64,000 bases of DNA, taken from positions 1,059-65,058 of the forward strand of contig JAPLLS010000093.1 in assembly GCA_026387435.1 (NCBI GenBank), read 5' to 3'. The first letter of the stretch is position 1, and each line of letters begins with the position of its first letter. The translations under genes and the position numbers were made by a program. Below, piece by piece: positions 62,401 to 64,000 of the stretch. The stretch is from Candidatus Omnitrophota bacterium (GTDB taxonomy: Bacteria; Omnitrophota; Gorgyraeia; Gygaellales; Profunditerraquicolaceae). The notes under the pieces are model-generated. The model searched no databases. It saw only the letters and a list, made by a program, of their open reading frames with translations, and was not told where the DNA came from.

Positions 62401-64000
62401 GGCGGTTGGCGATAGCGGGCGCATAAATAAACTAATCTCATTGCGCGACCAGCTTAATAATCTGACCGCCGGTATGGACCCGAACGCTTTCTATGAATAC
62501 GTCAGTTATCGAAATAAACTCAATAGATGGCCTACCGAGAAAGCGATCAGCATCCAAGGCGGGACTCCCCAGGAGCAGATCGATCGGACAGAGCGAGATT
62601 TGGCGCAAACCCAGGCGTGGGTTGATCAAAACAAGGAGCAATTCCAGGAAACCTACGATCGGTTTTTAGAGTATGATAATTTGCTGTACGATGAGACATC
62701 CGAAGGCAACGTCCCGGCTTACCTGGAAGAAAATAATCTGACGGTCCAATCGCTGTTCCCGGATATTTTTAATCAAGCCCAACGGGGCAAGCACGCCTCT
62801 CATGTCGAGAAATTCATTTTAGACCATCAAATCAACGGCCAGATACCCGGCAATATGGTCTCTGAGATAGTGGAGCCATTACCGGACTTATTTCTGTCCG
62901 GACACAACAAAACTTACGGCCAGGATCAGAACCGGCCGTTATTGCTTGTGGTCGAAGGCGACGCGATACAATCTTTGAGTCAATACCTGAGTGATTACCA
63001 ATTTTACGGCGCAAGAGAAGGCCGCGTTATCGAAGTGTTTAATCCCACCGGACGGGATCTGGGAGAAAGCGTTTCTTACGTCGAATATAAAGGTGAGTTA
63101 GGTTATCAGATAGGGTTTTTAGGGAATAATTCCGGGATGGCTAAAAATAATTACCGGCCTGATGACCTGAAAACGCTGGAGGAGCTGGAAAAACTAAAGG
63201 AAAAAGTGAACGGGCTCGCGCAAAATTATGATGGCGATCCCGCCGCTGATTACGACAAGTATAGGCGCCTCTCGGATGAAAGTTACGAAATCAGCCTTCA
63301 TATGCTGGCTATTGAGACTTCGGAGGACGCTTATGAAAGACGCCAGGAATGGGAGGATTACAACAGGCAGCATGATGAACTTCAGCCTGAGCTGGATAAG
63401 ATAAGCGGAAAACTGGGCCAACCGCTTCTCTGGGCAACGTACAAATTCAAAGAGAAGCTCTACGAGGAAGAGCGAACAGGAGCAATCTACAGGCTTATTC
63501 AGGCGGGGAACGATCCTCAAAGCTGGTTCCCTGTGACTTTTAGCAAGGATTCATCCTTCCAGTATGGCAGTTCTCTCTTTCCGGACGCGATATACTCATT
63601 GAAAACCTACGAAAAGGTGGGTGGGGCTTATCATGAGCATGATGCGGATAAGATAAAGGATATTGAGAAAGCCAAAGCCCTAAAGATACTGCTGGAAGCA
63701 TCGCTAAGCGACTACAAGAAAAACCACCCCAACTCAACTTTCGAGAAAGATTGTGAAGAACTTAAGTCGAGGATAACCAAATCTGATACTGACGTTTACA
63801 TGGAAATATTATTCAGCGGAGACCCCCGGGCTAAAGATATCTGCAGGATCCTGGACATTGAGGGCGCCCTCGGGCAAAGCGGATTTTACGGTGTCTATCA
63901 GGGGGAAGACGGCAAGATTTACTCGAGCGAAGAATCTTATCATGCCTACAGGGATTACACTGCTTTCAGGGATTATGTCGAGGCGAAATGGGGATCCGAA
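58475..64000 (+). CDS. Giant exported multidomain protein 2, 3'-partial (>1842 aa, not in ORF track)
   Basis: ATG 4 nt after the previous stop; manual translation finds no stop up to 64000. Same N-domain (MIKQIVAFLISFCLIFEQTGFA, FWVNLRPDSP, TRPWIVPGE), TM-hairpin module, GNAT motif AVPSEYTSQGIG. Confidence 0.88.
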   Translation, partial: MIKQIVAFLISFCLIFEQTGFAKLAIPMGIPGYLSSLAPVADKFRPIHLRSIDLNPGNGNFELILDKGDLNDIQPRQLEETTQQLYRYFQVGLVLPNKYFWVNLRPDSPDEVIEPLLEKTDVGRIMLASDLQLKKDLANFTSPQTPEGKLYWDRLYAKAGELYNQQDIQIPTLTRPWIVPGEIVIRSSPTGAFVYKATLKVMLEQDYIKDSPAYNFSDPRLKELNSYSSKLIRELIIPKLTREVNSSKRYAQLRQVYYSLILAQWFKSKSFGMAMIEGRVAMAQKTDSQDLSGLTSKTSWSKDTYYRDYRKSFQKGEYNRQEQVSSVSGLSIRQYFSGGIMMMDKPVGEWTVISKDGGFAANQPFFERLAIDSRGDVANLPASSTLADGGQKTNVPSVETVKAASGSNPKKAVRLRDIPQKIIDYEAYLAPPLGVGAAVFVYSISPVLLLWLIPVGIAAVAIIGAELASLEYRNIKKTDPDLLLIVRGNPLSLINAVESLALGLDGIFDMGEVWRSPSKVFVNLTRIMYSLPTGLIWTAMELAIDYFNGSRTGENILKSKLDMMRFAIRHSSGINPLKVMYKLFPRWCFAKGDVERRFMLYETTLLHVRSSGDLEAAKEDTFRNNTFFASEAAFYHLLKQLKLEEFDETLEKIKQGDNILYRGSQIKKKNISSDDLINLYLAERNSIWQVRQDRGLTEQDQALIDFFAKRGLSATPDYRNMPYYAFVVLKLLDRHFKDYFSANELLGTPKCNELLEMDHLTNEEVIKDLIEARIVIENGDEYFLSENFKQIFLRFLDKNYSEITEAELSGVPEHEGALHVDGKLYRWAQNAASSQRGKEALDGGTKSIMQAQGQNKIKVINYPRSGVIAEPNVIGLKNIVTGKDFELRRISSKKNSFSVWMDNVKLKSLFEFDEDEKEVAVHNMAVPSEYTSQGIGLTVLRYLAQRARTGGKDLVLHTVFSYAVARMCYEHISKNARYREKVRHIEDEFAKMISVRLLDDGRVLADWKSAAGKSPLTYQVFLSKGVLDISIRNEDIMTTGEESDGGKELEVAEAGLNRDDMEKWVSDALERPELAAGIKSDVGDVLEMSEQELGGWYDYFRARALKQLRESKSVRMLENKKGFKLWFRLNDFDLGGLLYLLDEFKDHSLSPEVSSARTKPGILESRWLRYTMLFLFGATLFSSLVPLVSGLDAQLLENHSGTNNTFDQPVTVSTEVLFDEILSQDRSQLVVVNPYLEQYVNKLLDWDSKDLKNKASKLTVISTRDLRTSGEFNNLLQSEKKQGNADRVIFVGKYDKYQITQYLSQDQKLAVGDSGRINKLISLRDQLNNLTAGMDPNAFYEYVSYRNKLNRWPTEKAISIQGGTPQEQIDRTERDLAQTQAWVDQNKEQFQETYDRFLEYDNLLYDETSEGNVPAYLEENNLTVQSLFPDIFNQAQRGKHASHVEKFILDHQINGQIPGNMVSEIVEPLPDLFLSGHNKTYGQDQNRPLLLVVEGDAIQSLSQYLSDYQFYGAREGRVIEVFNPTGRDLGESVSYVEYKGELGYQIGFLGNNSGMAKNNYRPDDLKTLEELEKLKEKVNGLAQNYDGDPAADYDKYRRLSDESYEISLHMLAIETSEDAYERRQEWEDYNRQHDELQPELDKISGKLGQPLLWATYKFKEKLYEEERTGAIYRLIQAGNDPQSWFPVTFSKDSSFQYGSSLFPDAIYSLKTYEKVGGAYHEHDADKIKDIEKAKALKILLEASLSDYKKNHPNSTFEKDCEELKSRITKSDTDVYMEILFSGDPRAKDICRILDIEGALGQSGFYGVYQGEDGKIYSSEESYHAYRDYTAFRDYVEAKWGSE

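Noticed and set aside
43376-64000. Prophage or genomic island interpretation of the giant genes
   Set aside because: No integrase, att repeats, phage genes or adjacent tRNA target in the window

Overview
Bacterial chromosomal window with no integrase, transposase or CRISPR. The gene style and the giant genes suggest Candidatus Omnitrophota (OP3); this assignment is an inference. Positions 1-43.4 kb are mostly housekeeping and envelope genes: a transglutaminase-like gene, a PilZ-glycosidase, an M1 peptidase-Omp85 fusion, an M20 peptidase, PAC2, two Ddl-like ligases plus KamA, EF-G2, a mini-YchF, purH, folC, mnmE, folE, PilZ proteins, comM, an L,D-transpeptidase, accA, a MarR-TolC-RND efflux operon, dusB, rlmN, a truncated tRNA-Leu, tRNA-Ala, nfo and leuS. 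The last 20.5 kb hold two tandem giant genes (4972 aa, and >1842 aa running off the window and absent from the ORF track). They share a near-identical 340-codon signal-peptide/N-terminal domain followed by unrelated cargo modules bounded by Asp-Gly-Gly (DGG) linkers. The main cargo of the first is a ~4150-aa midasin/Rea1-like unit: six tandem AAA+ modules alternating degenerate and intact, two beta-propellers, an HExxH region, an acidic/Gly-rich linker and a MIDAS VWA domain. It is followed by a SAM-methyltransferase cassette and a GGIDF tail. This looks like a modular, exported polyprotein/effector system. Smaller findings: a structure-defined hairpin family (TC/TC internal loop), two candidate leader attenuators, several near-leaderless promoters and an unannotated Zn-ribbon ORF.
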